Positions 51,751-62,471 are shown, numbered from the stretch's first letter. The stretch: DNA of 64,000 nt from Spirochaetia bacterium (GCA_965203905.1 CBDBDQ010000005.1:6400001-6464000), one strand, 5' to 3'. The notes: generated by a model not told the origin, from the letters alone. Made by a program: numbers and translations.

Positions 51751-52465
51751 CGACTTCCCCCGGTTGCCGCCGGCGGCGGAGGCGCTGCAGCCGCTCCTGC
51801 TGGCGCTGCAGGAAGTCGGCGGCAGCCGCGGTTGCGGCCGCCGCGCCCGATGCCGCGCCCGGTGCCGCGCCGGGTGCGGGACCGATGTCGGCCAGCAGAT
51901 CGGCAAAGCGGCCTCCCGCTGCGCGCGGCTGCGCGTGATTCGGTGTCAGCGCTTGGATGCTGTCCTGATCGGTTATCTGCGCGATGAGGTTGAGGGTCTG
52001 GTCCGTAGCACCGATCAGGTACACGCCGCCTCCCACCTGCACCAGGTGCAGGTGGCGGCTGCCACCGAGCGACCGGGAACCGAGCAGGGCGATGCGGTCA
52101 GCGTTGCCGACGCTGGCCCGGGAGCTGCGCCTGATGAGCCGGAACAGCAGGTAGATGGCGCCGAGCACCGCCGCGAGCACCGCGACCATACGCACGAAGT
52201 CACCGGTGGAGACCGCCGCCGGCACGGCCGGCACCGCACGGTTCTCCGCCGCCCGCGACAGTGGCGTCAGGTCCGCCGCCGTGCCGGACGCATCGGCTTC
52301 CTGGGCAGACGCGGCACCCACCACGCCCAGCCACGCCACGGCCAACAGCAGCGCCGTCGCAACAGGTAGGTATGTCCGCCGTGCACGCGTACGACGCGCG
52401 CCACGGTGTGCTGCAGTGTACAGGTTGTTCCCCTCCCAGGAACGTAGCCGAACCACGCTCATCAC
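51737..52465 (-). CDS. fliO: FliO/FliZ family protein
   Basis: TM helix then 'LGSRSLGGSRHLHLVQVGGGVYLIGA...LIAQI'; located between fliN and fliP; start uncertain. Confidence 0.8.
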   Translation of the reverse strand: MMSVVRLRSWEGNNLYTAAHRGARRTRARRTYLPVATALLLAVAWLGVVGAASAQEADASGTAADLTPLSRAAENRAVPAVPAAVSTGDFVRMVAVLAAVLGAIYLLFRLIRRSSRASVGNADRIALLGSRSLGGSRHLHLVQVGGGVYLIGATDQTLNLIAQITDQDSIQALTPNHAQPRAAGGRFADLLADIGPAPGAAPGAASGAAAATAAAADFLQRQQERLQRLRRRRQPGEVGAAD

Positions 52466-52626
52466 CGTCTTGGCCCGTTGCGGTCCAATGGGCCGCCGGA
52501 CCGTCCGAACTTCCTGGCGCCGCGAACCGCCGCCTGCGGCGCCGCTTTTCGCTCAGCCTCTCCTTCCGCCGGGAGCACCGCCTGGCACCCAGGCTCTCCC
52601 CGCGCTGCGCTGCCCGACGCGTCGCA

Positions 52627-53004
52627 TCACGTTCCCCCGTCCTCGCGGAGTGCCATTGCAGGCTCCGCGCGGCCGACGATCTCCGTCACGCGCACGCCGA
52701 AGTTGTTGTCGATCACCACCACCTCGCCACGTGCTATCGGCTTGTGGTTCACCAGGATTGCGACCGGCTCGCCGGCGAGCTGGTCGAGTTCGATCACCGC
52801 CCCCGCGTTGATGTCGAGCACCTCGCGGATGGTTCGCGTGGTGCTGCCGAGCTCGACCGTCATGCGCAGATCCACGTCCATCAGCAGGCCGATGTCCGCC
52901 TGCTCCGAGGTTGCTGCCGAAGCCTGTTCGAAGTCGGGAAGCTGCACCGGCCGCACCTCGGTCGCGGCGGCGCCGGCGTCATGCAGGGCCCGGTCGGCGC
53001 TCAC
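52627..53004 (-). CDS. fliN: C-ring protein FliN (SpoA only, no FliY phosphatase domain)
   Basis: LLMDVDLRMTVELG...LDQLAGEPV...GEVVVIDNNFGVRVTEI; GTGA overlap with fliM. Confidence 0.9.
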   Translation of the reverse strand: MSADRALHDAGAAATEVRPVQLPDFEQASAATSEQADIGLLMDVDLRMTVELGSTTRTIREVLDINAGAVIELDQLAGEPVAILVNHKPIARGEVVVIDNNFGVRVTEIVGRAEPAMALREDGGT

Positions 53005-54002
53005 GATACCGCCTCCGCCGGTTTCTCCAGCGGCTTCACCACCTGTACCGCGAAGCGCTTGCCGACCACTCCGGGAAGGCAGCGGAACTTGGGTTTGCCC
53101 GCCACCTTCAGGTATAGCTCGTCGCCCGGGCCACGGTCGTCGAGACGAATGAGGTCTCCCTTCTTCAGCCCCAGGACACGCGGCAACGGCAGCAGCGCGC
53201 TGCCGATCTCGGCGCTGATGGAGACCGGCACGCCCTGCAGCGCCTGGCGCACCGTCGCGTGACGCCCGGCCGCTCTCCGCGGCTCGCTTCCGAACGGGTG
53301 GTGAGGCGCGCCGCGGTCGCCAATCGACTTCAGGGTGAGGCAGGAGACGGCGAGCTGCAGCTCCCCCTCCACGCCGCCGATCCGGGTGCCGAACGCGACC
53401 CGCACCAGCATTCCTGCGGGAATCGACGCCGCCGCCGTCCGGTCGCGGCGCCGGCAGTACTCCAGCCGCGGCCGAATCGGGACCAGTGGCTGCCACGCCG
53501 ACTGCAGATCAGGAAGCAGGCTGGAGATACGGTTCTGCAACACCGACGCTTCGATCTCGCTCAGTTCGCGAGACGGCACGGTGGGCACGCCCTGGCCTCC
53601 GAGCAGGCGGTCGATCAGGGAATAGGCGAAGCGATGGTCGAGCGCAAGCACGGCGACGCCCGCCAGCGGGTCCAGCGCCACTGCGGCCAGCACCACGGCG
53701 CGCGCCAGCGCAGTGCGGAACTCCTCACCGCTGATCTGTGCCACGGAGTGAGGGACGATCTCGACCCGGGTGCGGGTCTGATTGGCGAGGGACTCGGCGG
53801 CCAGTGCGGCAAACGTCTCGTGCACGGTGGCGAGGGCGCCGACCTGGCGCTCGGAGAGACGGCCGGCGAACCCGAAGTCGTATGCGTCTGGCGTCATGCC
53901 ACTGACCGGCGACCCGGTACTTGCCGATAGCACGGCACTGCTGCTGGAGGCGGCGCAATCCAGCAGCGAGACATGACCGCGACGCGGGCCTGCATCAGCC
54001 AC
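53001..54002 (-). CDS. fliM: C-ring protein FliM with a degenerate N-terminus
   Basis: YDF...HETFA, IDRLLGGQG, RELSEIE, C-terminal SpoA (LKKGDLIRL); RBS GGGAGG. Confidence 0.88.
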   Translation of the reverse strand: MADAGPRRGHVSLLDCAASSSSAVLSASTGSPVSGMTPDAYDFGFAGRLSERQVGALATVHETFAALAAESLANQTRTRVEIVPHSVAQISGEEFRTALARAVVLAAVALDPLAGVAVLALDHRFAYSLIDRLLGGQGVPTVPSRELSEIEASVLQNRISSLLPDLQSAWQPLVPIRPRLEYCRRRDRTAAASIPAGMLVRVAFGTRIGGVEGELQLAVSCLTLKSIGDRGAPHHPFGSEPRRAAGRHATVRQALQGVPVSISAEIGSALLPLPRVLGLKKGDLIRLDDRGPGDELYLKVAGKPKFRCLPGVVGKRFAVQVVKPLEKPAEAVS

Positions 54003-54119
54003 GCGCTCCCTCCCATGTGACGACCGGGAATTCGCACCGCTCCAAGGGTGGGGAGCATGCGCGCCCGGTTCTCACCCCCGTCGCCCGCCGCGTGGGACGG
54101 GACGTCGGGGAAGACTCGC

Positions 54120-54148
54120 AGGTTACGGCAAAGCGAAAAAAGGTGCAA
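54120..54148 (-). promoter_or_regulatory. Putative sigma70 promoter of the fliM-flhF block
   Basis: TTGCAC-17 nt-TAACCT with a T-rich spacer. Confidence 0.6.
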
Positions 54149-54221
54149 CCGCTACGCCGCAACGGCGCACGGCGGCACCGGGAAGCCCACGGCGCGTGCC
54201 GACCGTAGCGTGGGCCGTCAG

Positions 54222-55898
54222 TTACTTCTCGACCAGCCACGAGCGCAGCGTTCGCGCAGCATCCGCAGGCCGCTCGCGTGCCAGCCTGGCCGCGTTCTGT
54301 TGCATCTGCGCCTTGCTTCGCAAATTGGGGGGTGAAGCCGCCCAGCCGCCGCGGGCGGCGGCGCTCAACCGTGCGGGATGCATGCCGGAGCGCTGCGCGG
54401 CGTGCGACCGCCGGTGCCGCGCCCACAACCAGGAACCGAACGCCGTCAACAACAGCGCCGCCGCCCCGGCAACCGCCAGCGGCAGCATCCGCAACAGCTC
54501 CGCCTCGCGCCGCAGCACGGCGTCCTCCTGCTGGAACTGCCGCATGCGGTCGAACTGCAGGTGCTCGACGGTAACCGAGTCGCCACGCTGCGGGTCCCAG
54601 CCGATGGCGTCCTGGATCAGCAGCGTAGCCTTGCGCAAATCGTCCTCGGAAACCGGCGTGTACTCGCGCTGCACGCTGCCGTCGGCATGCAGCTGGATCT
54701 GGCCGTCGGGCCGGAACGTGGTCCGCCACACGCCATCGAGTGCGACACTTACGGTGATCCGGTTGATCGCCCATGGGCTCTTCTCCGTAACCGTGTTGCG
54801 GCGGTTGACCACCTCGTTGCGGGACACCGAGCTGCGCTGGTACGCGCCCGCGCCGGGACCACTGCCGGCACCGGCCGCCACCGGCGCAGACTCCTGAGCG
54901 GTCACCGGCCGCGTCTCCTCCTCGCGTTGTTCCGAAATCGTAATGGAGGGGACCTTGACCGACTCGTCGCTCTCCGTGTGCGGATTGTCGGCCCGCATGG
55001 CGATTGGAAAGTGCTCTTCGGTCTGGGTGGTTTCGGCCGACAGATCGAGATCGATGTCGAGCCGTACGATCTGCACTCGATCGAGCGTGAAGATCTTGCC
55101 CAGAGCGGTAAGGATCTCTCGCTTGTAGCGTTGCTCCAGGTCGAACTTGGTATTGAGCTGGCGCTCCACCAGAGCCGCGCGGCCCTGTCCGGCAAGGTCT
55201 CCGACGTCATTCACCTGGACCCCGCGGGGATCCAGGATCACGATGTTTTCCGCCCGCAGGCCGGCGACGGCAAACTGCACCAGGCGCTGGATGCCGGCGA
55301 CCTTCTTACGATCCTCGAGGATATCGGAGCCCAGTCGCGGGGTGATGATGATCGACGCCGTAGTCGGGTTCTGATCCTCCGCGAACAGCTCGGTCTCGGG
55401 CACCACCAGGGTGACGTTGGCGGCCACGACGTCGTCCAGGGCGGTAATGTGCTGCTCCAGGTTGCGGGTCAGGGCGCGCTGCAGGTTGACGTTGCGCTCG
55501 AAGTCCGTCATCGAGAAACGGTCCACCTCGAAGACGGAAAAGGGATCGGTATGCGGCGGCATCAGGTCCTCACGAATCAGGATTGCGCGCAGCCGCCGCG
55601 CGTTCTCCTGATCGGCCACCAGGATGCGGTTGTCGGAGGCGATCTGGTATTCGGCGCTCTCCTGATCAAGCCGTGCCGCGATCCGCAGGAGGTCCTGCTG
55701 ATCGCCGATTGGGGCACCGATAAGGGCAACCATGTGCCTGCCGGCGGCGATGGGCCCATCGCCGCGAGAGGCGCCGAGCAGTGTCAATGCGATGATCGAA
55801 GTGACGACCAGCGCGCTCAGCGACAGTTTCTGAAGCTGACTCCAACGACCCCAGAGGCCGGCCGCCCGCTGCCTCAGGCGTGCCAGGAGTTCGTTCAT
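54222..55898 (-). CDS. fliF: MS-ring protein FliF
   Basis: 'MTDFERNVNLQRAL', 'VQFAVAGL', 'ITVSVALDG', 'AIGWDPQRGDSVTV', C-terminal 'ARERPADAARTLRSWL'; RBS GGGAGG. Confidence 0.9.
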   Translation of the reverse strand: MNELLARLRQRAAGLWGRWSQLQKLSLSALVVTSIIALTLLGASRGDGPIAAGRHMVALIGAPIGDQQDLLRIAARLDQESAEYQIASDNRILVADQENARRLRAILIREDLMPPHTDPFSVFEVDRFSMTDFERNVNLQRALTRNLEQHITALDDVVAANVTLVVPETELFAEDQNPTTASIIITPRLGSDILEDRKKVAGIQRLVQFAVAGLRAENIVILDPRGVQVNDVGDLAGQGRAALVERQLNTKFDLEQRYKREILTALGKIFTLDRVQIVRLDIDLDLSAETTQTEEHFPIAMRADNPHTESDESVKVPSITISEQREEETRPVTAQESAPVAAGAGSGPGAGAYQRSSVSRNEVVNRRNTVTEKSPWAINRITVSVALDGVWRTTFRPDGQIQLHADGSVQREYTPVSEDDLRKATLLIQDAIGWDPQRGDSVTVEHLQFDRMRQFQQEDAVLRREAELLRMLPLAVAGAAALLLTAFGSWLWARHRRSHAAQRSGMHPARLSAAARGGWAASPPNLRSKAQMQQNAARLARERPADAARTLRSWLVEK

Positions 55899-55980
55899 GT
55901 TCCCCCTCCCAAGCTGCACGACGGCGCCGCGAGACCCGGCGGGTAACCGGCTCCCGTTGCGCCTGATTCGCGCATCGTCT

Positions 55981-56030
55981 GTTATGTCCGTGGAGGTCGC
56001 TCTTTGTCAACACGCAACGGAAAAAAATAA
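55981..56030 (-). promoter_or_regulatory. Putative sigma70 promoter with an UP-like T-tract upstream of fliF
   Basis: TTATTTTTTT...TTGACA-18 nt-CATAAC. Confidence 0.55.
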
Positions 56031-56144
56031 TTGGACCCTGTGTCGCATTTGCCGAAATCCCGGGCCCTTGTCGTGATCTCCATGCGGGCGCGGTGGACGA
56101 CCTCCTGCCGCCACCGCGACGGCGCCCCGGTACGACCGCGGATG

Positions 56145-57539
56145 CTACAGGATGTAGCGGGTAAGGTCGCGGTCTTCGATGATCTTGGTGAGCCGCTCGT
56201 TCACGTAGTCGGGAGTGATGGTGACGCTCTGTCCCTGCAAATCCGGTGCGCTGAAGGAGAGCTCCTCCAACAGCAGCTCCATGATCGTGTGCAGGCGTCG
56301 GGCGCCGATATTCTCGGTGCTGCGATTCACCTCGGAGGCCAGCTCCGAGATCCGGTCAACTGCAGCCTCGGTGAACTTCAGCGTTACCTCCTCCGTGGCC
56401 AACAGCGCCGTGTACTGGGTGATCAATGCATTCCGCGGCTGCGTCAGGATGCGCTTGAAGTCGTCGCTTCCCAGGGCCGCGAGCTCCACTCGGATCGGGA
56501 AGCGCCCCTGCAGCTCGGGGATCAGATCCGCGGGCTTGCTCATGTGAAAGGCACCCGCGGCGATGAACAGGATGTGGGCCGTGTCGACGGTGCCCCACTT
56601 GGTGGTAACGGTGCTCCCCTCCACGATTGGCAGGATGTCGCGCTGCACCCCCTCGCGCGACACGTCGGCGCCGCCACGGCTGTCCTTCGCCGCTACCTTG
56701 TCGATCTCGTCGAGGAATATGATGCCCATCTGTTCGACCCGCTCGATGGCCAGTTCCGAAACCCGGTCCTTGTCCACCAGGCGATCGATCTCGTCCGCCA
56801 TCAACACCTGCCGCGCGCGCCGCACCGGCACCTTCTTCTTCTTCTTGCGACCGCCGAACAGGTTGCCGAGGTTGCCCAGGTTGATATCCATCTCCTCGAA
56901 GCTCTGTCCCGAGAAGATCTCGATCGCCGGACCGCTGCTGTCGGACACGTTCACCTCCACCAGCTTGTCATCGAGCTGTCCCGCGCGCAGCCGCTCGCGA
57001 AACTTGGTCACGGTCCCGGTCTCCGGCGCGATCGCCGCCGATTCGGCTCGCTTCACCACGGACGCCTCGGGCGCCGGTGGCGCCGGCGGCGGCTTCGGTT
57101 TTGGCTGGCGCAGGCCCGGCAGCAGCAACTCGAGCAGCTGTTCTTCGACGCGGGTCTCGGCCTCCTCCTGCACCCCGGCCTGCAACTCCCCCTTGACCAT
57201 GGAGATGGCCACCGAGGTCAGGTCCCGCACCATGGACTCGACGTCACGACCCACATAGCCCACCTCGGTGTACTTGGTGGCCTCCACCTTGACGAAGGGA
57301 GCCCGGCACAGTTTCGCCAAGCGGCGCGCGATCTCGGTCTTGCCCACCCCCGTGGGGCCGATCAGAATGATGTTCTTCGGCGCTACCTCGTCGCGCAGAT
57401 CGGGCGGCAGCTTGCGCCGCCGCAGGCGATTGCGCAGCGCAATCGCGACCGCTTTCTTGGCCTTCTCCTGCCCGACGATGTAGCGATCCAGTTCCTGCAC
57501 GATCTCCTTGGGACTGAGCTGGTCCAGATCGACGCTCAT
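56145..57539 (-). CDS. hslU: ATP-dependent protease ATPase subunit HslU
   Basis: [45 protein letters not shown]. Confidence 0.97.
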   Translation of the reverse strand: MSVDLDQLSPKEIVQELDRYIVGQEKAKKAVAIALRNRLRRRKLPPDLRDEVAPKNIILIGPTGVGKTEIARRLAKLCRAPFVKVEATKYTEVGYVGRDVESMVRDLTSVAISMVKGELQAGVQEEAETRVEEQLLELLLPGLRQPKPKPPPAPPAPEASVVKRAESAAIAPETGTVTKFRERLRAGQLDDKLVEVNVSDSSGPAIEIFSGQSFEEMDINLGNLGNLFGGRKKKKKVPVRRARQVLMADEIDRLVDKDRVSELAIERVEQMGIIFLDEIDKVAAKDSRGGADVSREGVQRDILPIVEGSTVTTKWGTVDTAHILFIAAGAFHMSKPADLIPELQGRFPIRVELAALGSDDFKRILTQPRNALITQYTALLATEEVTLKFTEAAVDRISELASEVNRSTENIGARRLHTIMELLLEELSFSAPDLQGQSVTITPDYVNERLTKIIEDRDLTRYIL

Positions 57540-58075
57540 GACAGCTCCTCGACGACGATTTCCGAATTGGTATAGACGCAGATGTCGGCGGCGATCCGCA
57601 TCGAGCGCATCGCGATGTCGCGCGCGCTCAGTGCGGAACTCTCCAGATACGCACGCGCCGCGGCCAATGCGTAGTTGCCCCCGGAGCCGATGGCAATGAC
57701 CCCGTGGTCCGGCTCCAGCACATCACCGTTGCCGGAGATGAGCAAGGTCTGGCGCCGGTCCGCTGCCAGCAGCAGCGCCTCCAGCCGGCGCAGAATGCGG
57801 TCCGAACGCCAATCGCGAGCCAGCTCCACGCAGGCGCGGGTCAGGTCACCGCCGTATTCCTTGACCTTGCCCTCGAAGCGGTCGAACAGGGTGAACGCGT
57901 CGGCCGTACCGCCGGCGAAGCCGACGAGGATGGAGCCGTCGGCAACGGTGCGTACCTTGCGGGCGCTGCCCTTCAATATGGTGGCATCCAGGGTCACCTG
58001 GCCATCACCGGCCATTGCCACCGCCGCGTCGCGGCGAACGGCTACGATAGTGGTTCCGTGCATGCTGCTGTTCAT
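57536..58075 (-). CDS. hslV: ATP-dependent protease subunit HslV
   Basis: HGTTIV, GDGQVT, GFAG, AIGSGG, ICVYTN. Confidence 0.97.
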   Translation of the reverse strand: MNSSMHGTTIVAVRRDAAVAMAGDGQVTLDATILKGSARKVRTVADGSILVGFAGGTADAFTLFDRFEGKVKEYGGDLTRACVELARDWRSDRILRRLEALLLAADRRQTLLISGNGDVLEPDHGVIAIGSGGNYALAAARAYLESSALSARDIAMRSMRIAADICVYTNSEIVVEELS

Positions 58076-59091
58076 GGCTGATCCTCGTTGCGCGGCGGCG
58101 GCGATTCGTGCGGCTGCGGCGCGCCTTCCCCGCCGGCACGCGGATGGGCCGCACGATGCACCTGCTGCAGTCGCGCCAGGCTGGTGTGGGTGTACACCTG
58201 GGTGGTGGCAATGCTGGCGTGACCGAGGAGCTCCTGCACCACCCTTACGTTGGCACCTCCGTCCAGCAGGTGGGTGGCAAAGGAGTGCCGCAGGCTGTGC
58301 GGGGTTACCCGCTTGTCGATGCCGGCCGCGGCGGCGGCCGCGGTGACGATGGCGCGCGCGCTGCGGTCGCCGAGGCGGCCACCGCGCCGGTTGTGGAACA
58401 GAGCGTACGCCGAGACGCGTGCACCCTCCGCGGGGGTCGCGCTCCACTCCCCCAGCTGCGCCGCGCGCCGCGGGAGGAACTCCCGCAGGAGAGAGCTGCA
58501 TACGCCGCCAAAAAACACCACCCGCTCCTTGCTGCCCTTTCCCATGACCCGGGCCCGGCCGCGCTCCGGCTCCACGTCGCCGATGTCGAGGCCCACCGCC
58601 TCCGAGATGCGGCACCCGCTGCCGTACAGAAACTCCAGCAGCACGCGGTCGCGCAGGGCCCAGAAATCGATGCCGTCCGCGGGCGCCGCGCCGTCGGCAG
58701 CGCCCAGCAACTGCTCCGCCTCCAGGGTGAACAGGAACTCGGGGAGCCGCTTGCCGGTTTTCAGACCGCGCTGGGCCTGCGCGGGGTTGCCGCCGGGCAG
58801 GTCCGAGACCGTAGCCAGGAACCGATACAGGCCGCGCACCGCCGACACCGTGCGGTTGACGCTCGCCGCGCTGCGACCGGAACGCGTCAGCTCGCCGACG
58901 AAGGCGCGCACCTGGCGCGACGTAGCTTGCTCCGCGGCTACACCCACGCGGTCGAGAAAGGCGAGGTAGCGGCAGATGTCTCCCCGGTAAGCCCGCACCG
59001 TCTGCGGTGAGTAGCCGCGCACCGCCCGCAGGTAGCGCAGGTAAGCCGCAGCCCGGGCATCAGGGGGATGTGGTTCCTGCAAATCCTGCAA
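58072..59091 (-). CDS. xerC: Tyrosine recombinase XerC-like
   Basis: [36 protein letters not shown]; located upstream of hslVU. Confidence 0.85.
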   Translation of the reverse strand: MQDLQEPHPPDARAAAYLRYLRAVRGYSPQTVRAYRGDICRYLAFLDRVGVAAEQATSRQVRAFVGELTRSGRSAASVNRTVSAVRGLYRFLATVSDLPGGNPAQAQRGLKTGKRLPEFLFTLEAEQLLGAADGAAPADGIDFWALRDRVLLEFLYGSGCRISEAVGLDIGDVEPERGRARVMGKGSKERVVFFGGVCSSLLREFLPRRAAQLGEWSATPAEGARVSAYALFHNRRGGRLGDRSARAIVTAAAAAAGIDKRVTPHSLRHSFATHLLDGGANVRVVQELLGHASIATTQVYTHTSLARLQQVHRAAHPRAGGEGAPQPHESPPPRNEDQP

Positions 59092-60211
59092 CCTCCGCTC
59101 GCCGGCACCCGGAATGGGCCCTGGGTTCGATCAACAACCGATGCTCCTCACCGTGACCCGATGCCACCCGGCGCTCCTGCTCCAGGGCGAACATGCGCGC
59201 CAGCCAGGCGCCGGTGGCGCGGTGGCGCGCCGGCGGCGTGGTGACCGGTCCAGCCGCCACCGGGTTGCGGCCGGTTCCCGGGGTGTGGCTGCCGCAGCCG
59301 TTCAGCAACCCGAACTCGTGCAGCAGCTCCTCCGCGTCGGCAACGGAGACCGCTCCACTCTCCGCCAGCTCGCGGCTGCCGGCGCCGCGCGGGCCGCCAA
59401 GCGCAGCAGCCGCCACCGCTACCTCGCGTCCCTCGTCGGCCGCGCAACACGCGGTGATCAGCGCCCCCGATCGGGCCGGAGCCTCCACCACCAGCACGCC
59501 GCGACTGAGCCCCGCGATGATGCGGTTGCGCAGGGGGAAGTGATGCGCAAACGGAGCGGTGCCGGGTGGAAACTCGCTCACCAGCCAGCCCCGGCGCAAC
59601 ACTTCCCGCGCCACCGGGCGACTGCTGTAGGGATAGATGCGATCGACCCCGCAGCCGAGCACGGCAACGGTGGCGCAGCCGTCTCCGCGCCATCCTGCCA
59701 GGCTGCCGCGGTGTGTCTCCAGGTCGATCCCGCGCGCCAGGCCCGAGACCGTGGGCACGCCCGTCAGTGCCAACTCCAAACCAAACCTGAATGCCGCACC
59801 GCGCCCGGCTCCCGTGGGTTGCCGCGTGCCCACCACCGCAACCGGCGTCACCGAGGCCGGTAGTGGTCGCGCACCGCGCCAGAACAGCACGCCGGGCGGA
59901 TCGTGAATCTCTCTCAGGATCCACGGATAGTCCGGCTCCCACAGAAAGGTGCATCCCCGTCGGCCCCCGGTCAAGCGATCCTGGTCCGCCCTTGCCCGCT
60001 CCAGCCACTCGGCCGGCGGCGGCAGCCGCCGGCGCAGACCCAGCCGGCGCCGCAGCAGCAGCGCGAGTTGGACTATGGAGTAGCCCGCGAATTCCGCCAG
60101 TCGACAGCGCCCCAGGATCTGGCACCGTTCTTGCGGCTTGAGGAACGACATGCGAGCCAGCGCCAAGGCGAGGAGCTGGCGCGCGCCGAGGTCCGGCTCC
60201 GCCCACGTCAC
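59060..60211 (-). CDS. dprA: DNA-processing protein DprA/Smf
   Basis: IHDPP, AVVGTR, VSGLARGID, FPLRNRIIAGLS, SGALIT. Confidence 0.92.
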   Translation of the reverse strand: MTWAEPDLGARQLLALALARMSFLKPQERCQILGRCRLAEFAGYSIVQLALLLRRRLGLRRRLPPPAEWLERARADQDRLTGGRRGCTFLWEPDYPWILREIHDPPGVLFWRGARPLPASVTPVAVVGTRQPTGAGRGAAFRFGLELALTGVPTVSGLARGIDLETHRGSLAGWRGDGCATVAVLGCGVDRIYPYSSRPVAREVLRRGWLVSEFPPGTAPFAHHFPLRNRIIAGLSRGVLVVEAPARSGALITACCAADEGREVAVAAAALGGPRGAGSRELAESGAVSVADAEELLHEFGLLNGCGSHTPGTGRNPVAAGPVTTPPARHRATGAWLARMFALEQERRVASGHGEEHRLLIEPRAHSGCRRAEVAGFAGTTSP

Positions 60212-60265
60212 GTTATACTCAACGGCGCCGCGACCGGCGTGCTTTCAAGCAGTGCAAAGCGGACG

Positions 60266-61204
60266 TCAGCCGCGCGGATGGAAGCGGCGATGCTGCTGTC
60301 TGAGGTCCTCCCGCTCCACGTGGGTGTAAATCTGGGTGGTGGTGATGTCGGCGTGGCCCAGCAGCTCCTGCACCGAGCGCAGGTCGGCGCCGCCCGCCAG
60401 CAGGTGGGTGGCGAAGGAGTGGCGCAGCGTGTGCACCTTGGCCTGCAGACCGGCGGCGAGACTGACGGCGTGAAATCGCTTCCAGATGCCCTTACGCGAG
60501 AGGCGCCCGCCCCGCTGATTGAGAAACACCGCGTCGGTGGCGGGAACCGCGGCCGTGGAGCTCCGGCGCAGCCGCGGCCGGGCCTCGCCGAGATAGCGAC
60601 CCAGCCAGGCGACCGCCGGTTCGCCCAGCGGTACGATGCGTTCCCGGGAGCCCTTGCCCAGGAGCCGTACGCAGGCCTGCTCCAGGTAGAGCCGGGACCG
60701 GTCCAGCGCTACCGCCTCGCTGACCCGCAGGCCGCTGGAGTACACCAGCTCGAACAGCGCGCGATCGCGGATGCCGGCCGGCGTGGTGACGTCGATGGCC
60801 GCCAGAAACCGCTCCACCTCCGCCACCGACAGCACCCGCGGAATGCGGCGCGGCGCCCGCGGCGGGGCCACGTCCGCGGCCGGGTTGGCCTGCTGCGGCG
60901 TTGCGCCGTGTGCTGCGCCGGCAGGCGCGACCTCCGCCTCGACGAAGCGGTACCAGGCCCGCAGCGCACTGATCGCCTTGGCCAGGGTGGGGCTGCCGGC
61001 TCCGTCCGCCTGCCGCGCCACCAGGTAGCCGACGACCGCACCGGCCGCCGCCGCCGGCGGCTCGTGGCCGGCGGACCGGCCGTGTTCCAGGAACCGGATG
61101 AAGCGACGCGCTTCTCCGGCGTAGGTGGCTATGGTCAGCTCGGACAGTCCCTCCACCGAGCGCAGGAAGTCCGCGAACTGGAGGGTGAGCTGCTCAGCCT
61201 GCAA
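60266..61204 (-). CDS. xerD: Tyrosine recombinase XerD-like
   Basis: [52 protein letters not shown]. Confidence 0.88.
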   Translation of the reverse strand: MQAEQLTLQFADFLRSVEGLSELTIATYAGEARRFIRFLEHGRSAGHEPPAAAAGAVVGYLVARQADGAGSPTLAKAISALRAWYRFVEAEVAPAGAAHGATPQQANPAADVAPPRAPRRIPRVLSVAEVERFLAAIDVTTPAGIRDRALFELVYSSGLRVSEAVALDRSRLYLEQACVRLLGKGSRERIVPLGEPAVAWLGRYLGEARPRLRRSSTAAVPATDAVFLNQRGGRLSRKGIWKRFHAVSLAAGLQAKVHTLRHSFATHLLAGGADLRSVQELLGHADITTTQIYTHVEREDLRQQHRRFHPRG

Positions 61205-61210
61205 GCAGCG

Positions 61211-62413
61211 TCAGGAGCTGGCGGCCTGGGTGTTGCGCCCGCTGCCTTCGCTCTGCTGGCGGCGCCGCAACACCGTGGGGACGCTCAGATCTTCCATCGA
61301 CTCGGCGGCCGCATTCTCGCCGCTCTTGAGCAAGCCCGGACTCTTGCCCAGCCCCTTGTTCAGGTTCACCCACTCGTCGTAGGAGATGATCTCGGCGCCG
61401 TTGTTCGACTGCTGCACCGCCGCCGAAGCCGCTTCCCGGTTGAACCCGGTGGCGATCACGGTGACCCGTATTTCATCGTTGAGAGAACCATTGGTGGCGG
61501 TGCCGGAGATGATCAGGGCGTCGTGGGATGCGTTGGCCGTGATGATCTTGAGCACTTCCTCGTACTCGGTGAGGCCCAGGTCGTCGTCGCCGGTGACATT
61601 CACCAGAATGCCCTGGGCGCCTTCGATGCGCGCGTCCTCCAGCAGCGGATTGTTGATGGCGTTGGTGGCGGCGTCCACGGCGCGGTTGTCGCCGCTGCCG
61701 ACGCCGATCCCCATCAGCGCGTCACCTTGCCCCTGCATGATCGTGCGCACGTCGGCGAAGTCGATGTTGATGTCGCCCGGGACGGTGATCAGATCGGAAA
61801 TGCCCTGCACGCCCTGCCGCAACACATCGTCGGCCAGCACGAACGCCTCCTTGATGGGCGTGCGGCGCTCGACGATCTTCAGCAGATGCTGATTGGGAAT
61901 CACGATCAGGGTGTCGACCTCCTTGCGCAGGCTGTCGATTCCCTCTTCCGCCAGGGTCATCTTGCGCCGTCCCTCGAACTCGAACGGCTTGGTGACCACG
62001 GCCACGGTGAGGATGTCGTGCTCGCGTGCCGTGCGCGCGATCACCGGCGCCGCCCCGGTGCCCGTGCCGCCGCCCAGTCCGGCGGTGATGAACACCATGT
62101 CGGCTCCTTGCAGTGCGGCTTCCAGTGCCGCCTGATCTTCCATCGCCGCCTTCTCTCCCACCTCGGGGATACCGCCGGCACCCAGCCCGGAGGTCAGCTT
62201 GCTGCCGATGGGCACCTTGGTCTCGGCCTGGCACAGCTCCAGGGCCTGCAGGTCGGTGTTGACGGCAATGAAGTGCACGTTGGTCAGACCCGACGCGATC
62301 ATCCTGTTGGTGGCGTTGTTGCCGCCGCCCCCTACCCCGATCACCTTTATGTCGGTGAGGCTCGACGGCATCTCCTCGTGTAGCTCGAACGTCATGATTC
62401 CCCTCTCATTCAT
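61211..62413 (-). CDS. ftsZ: Cell division protein FtsZ
   Basis: [25 protein letters not shown]-terminal DLSVPTVLR. Confidence 0.98.
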   Translation of the reverse strand: MNERGIMTFELHEEMPSSLTDIKVIGVGGGGNNATNRMIASGLTNVHFIAVNTDLQALELCQAETKVPIGSKLTSGLGAGGIPEVGEKAAMEDQAALEAALQGADMVFITAGLGGGTGTGAAPVIARTAREHDILTVAVVTKPFEFEGRRKMTLAEEGIDSLRKEVDTLIVIPNQHLLKIVERRTPIKEAFVLADDVLRQGVQGISDLITVPGDINIDFADVRTIMQGQGDALMGIGVGSGDNRAVDAATNAINNPLLEDARIEGAQGILVNVTGDDDLGLTEYEEVLKIITANASHDALIISGTATNGSLNDEIRVTVIATGFNREAASAAVQQSNNGAEIISYDEWVNLNKGLGKSPGLLKSGENAAAESMEDLSVPTVLRRRQQSEGSGRNTQAASS

Positions 62414-62471
62414 TCAGTCGATGGTATTCGCACGCAGCCGCTCCGCGGCTACCCCTCGGCTTGCAGCGGAG

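Noticed and set aside
46606-55898. Cluster interpreted as an injectisome (non-flagellar T3SS)
   Set aside because: No secretin, needle, SctD/J or SctN genes; the presence of FliO, FliM, FlhF and FliA and the gene order show flagellar ancestry.
58072-61204. Two tyrosine recombinases as a mobile element
   Set aside because: Typical chromosomal XerC/XerD sequences in the ftsZ-dprA-hslVU context with host-like GC.
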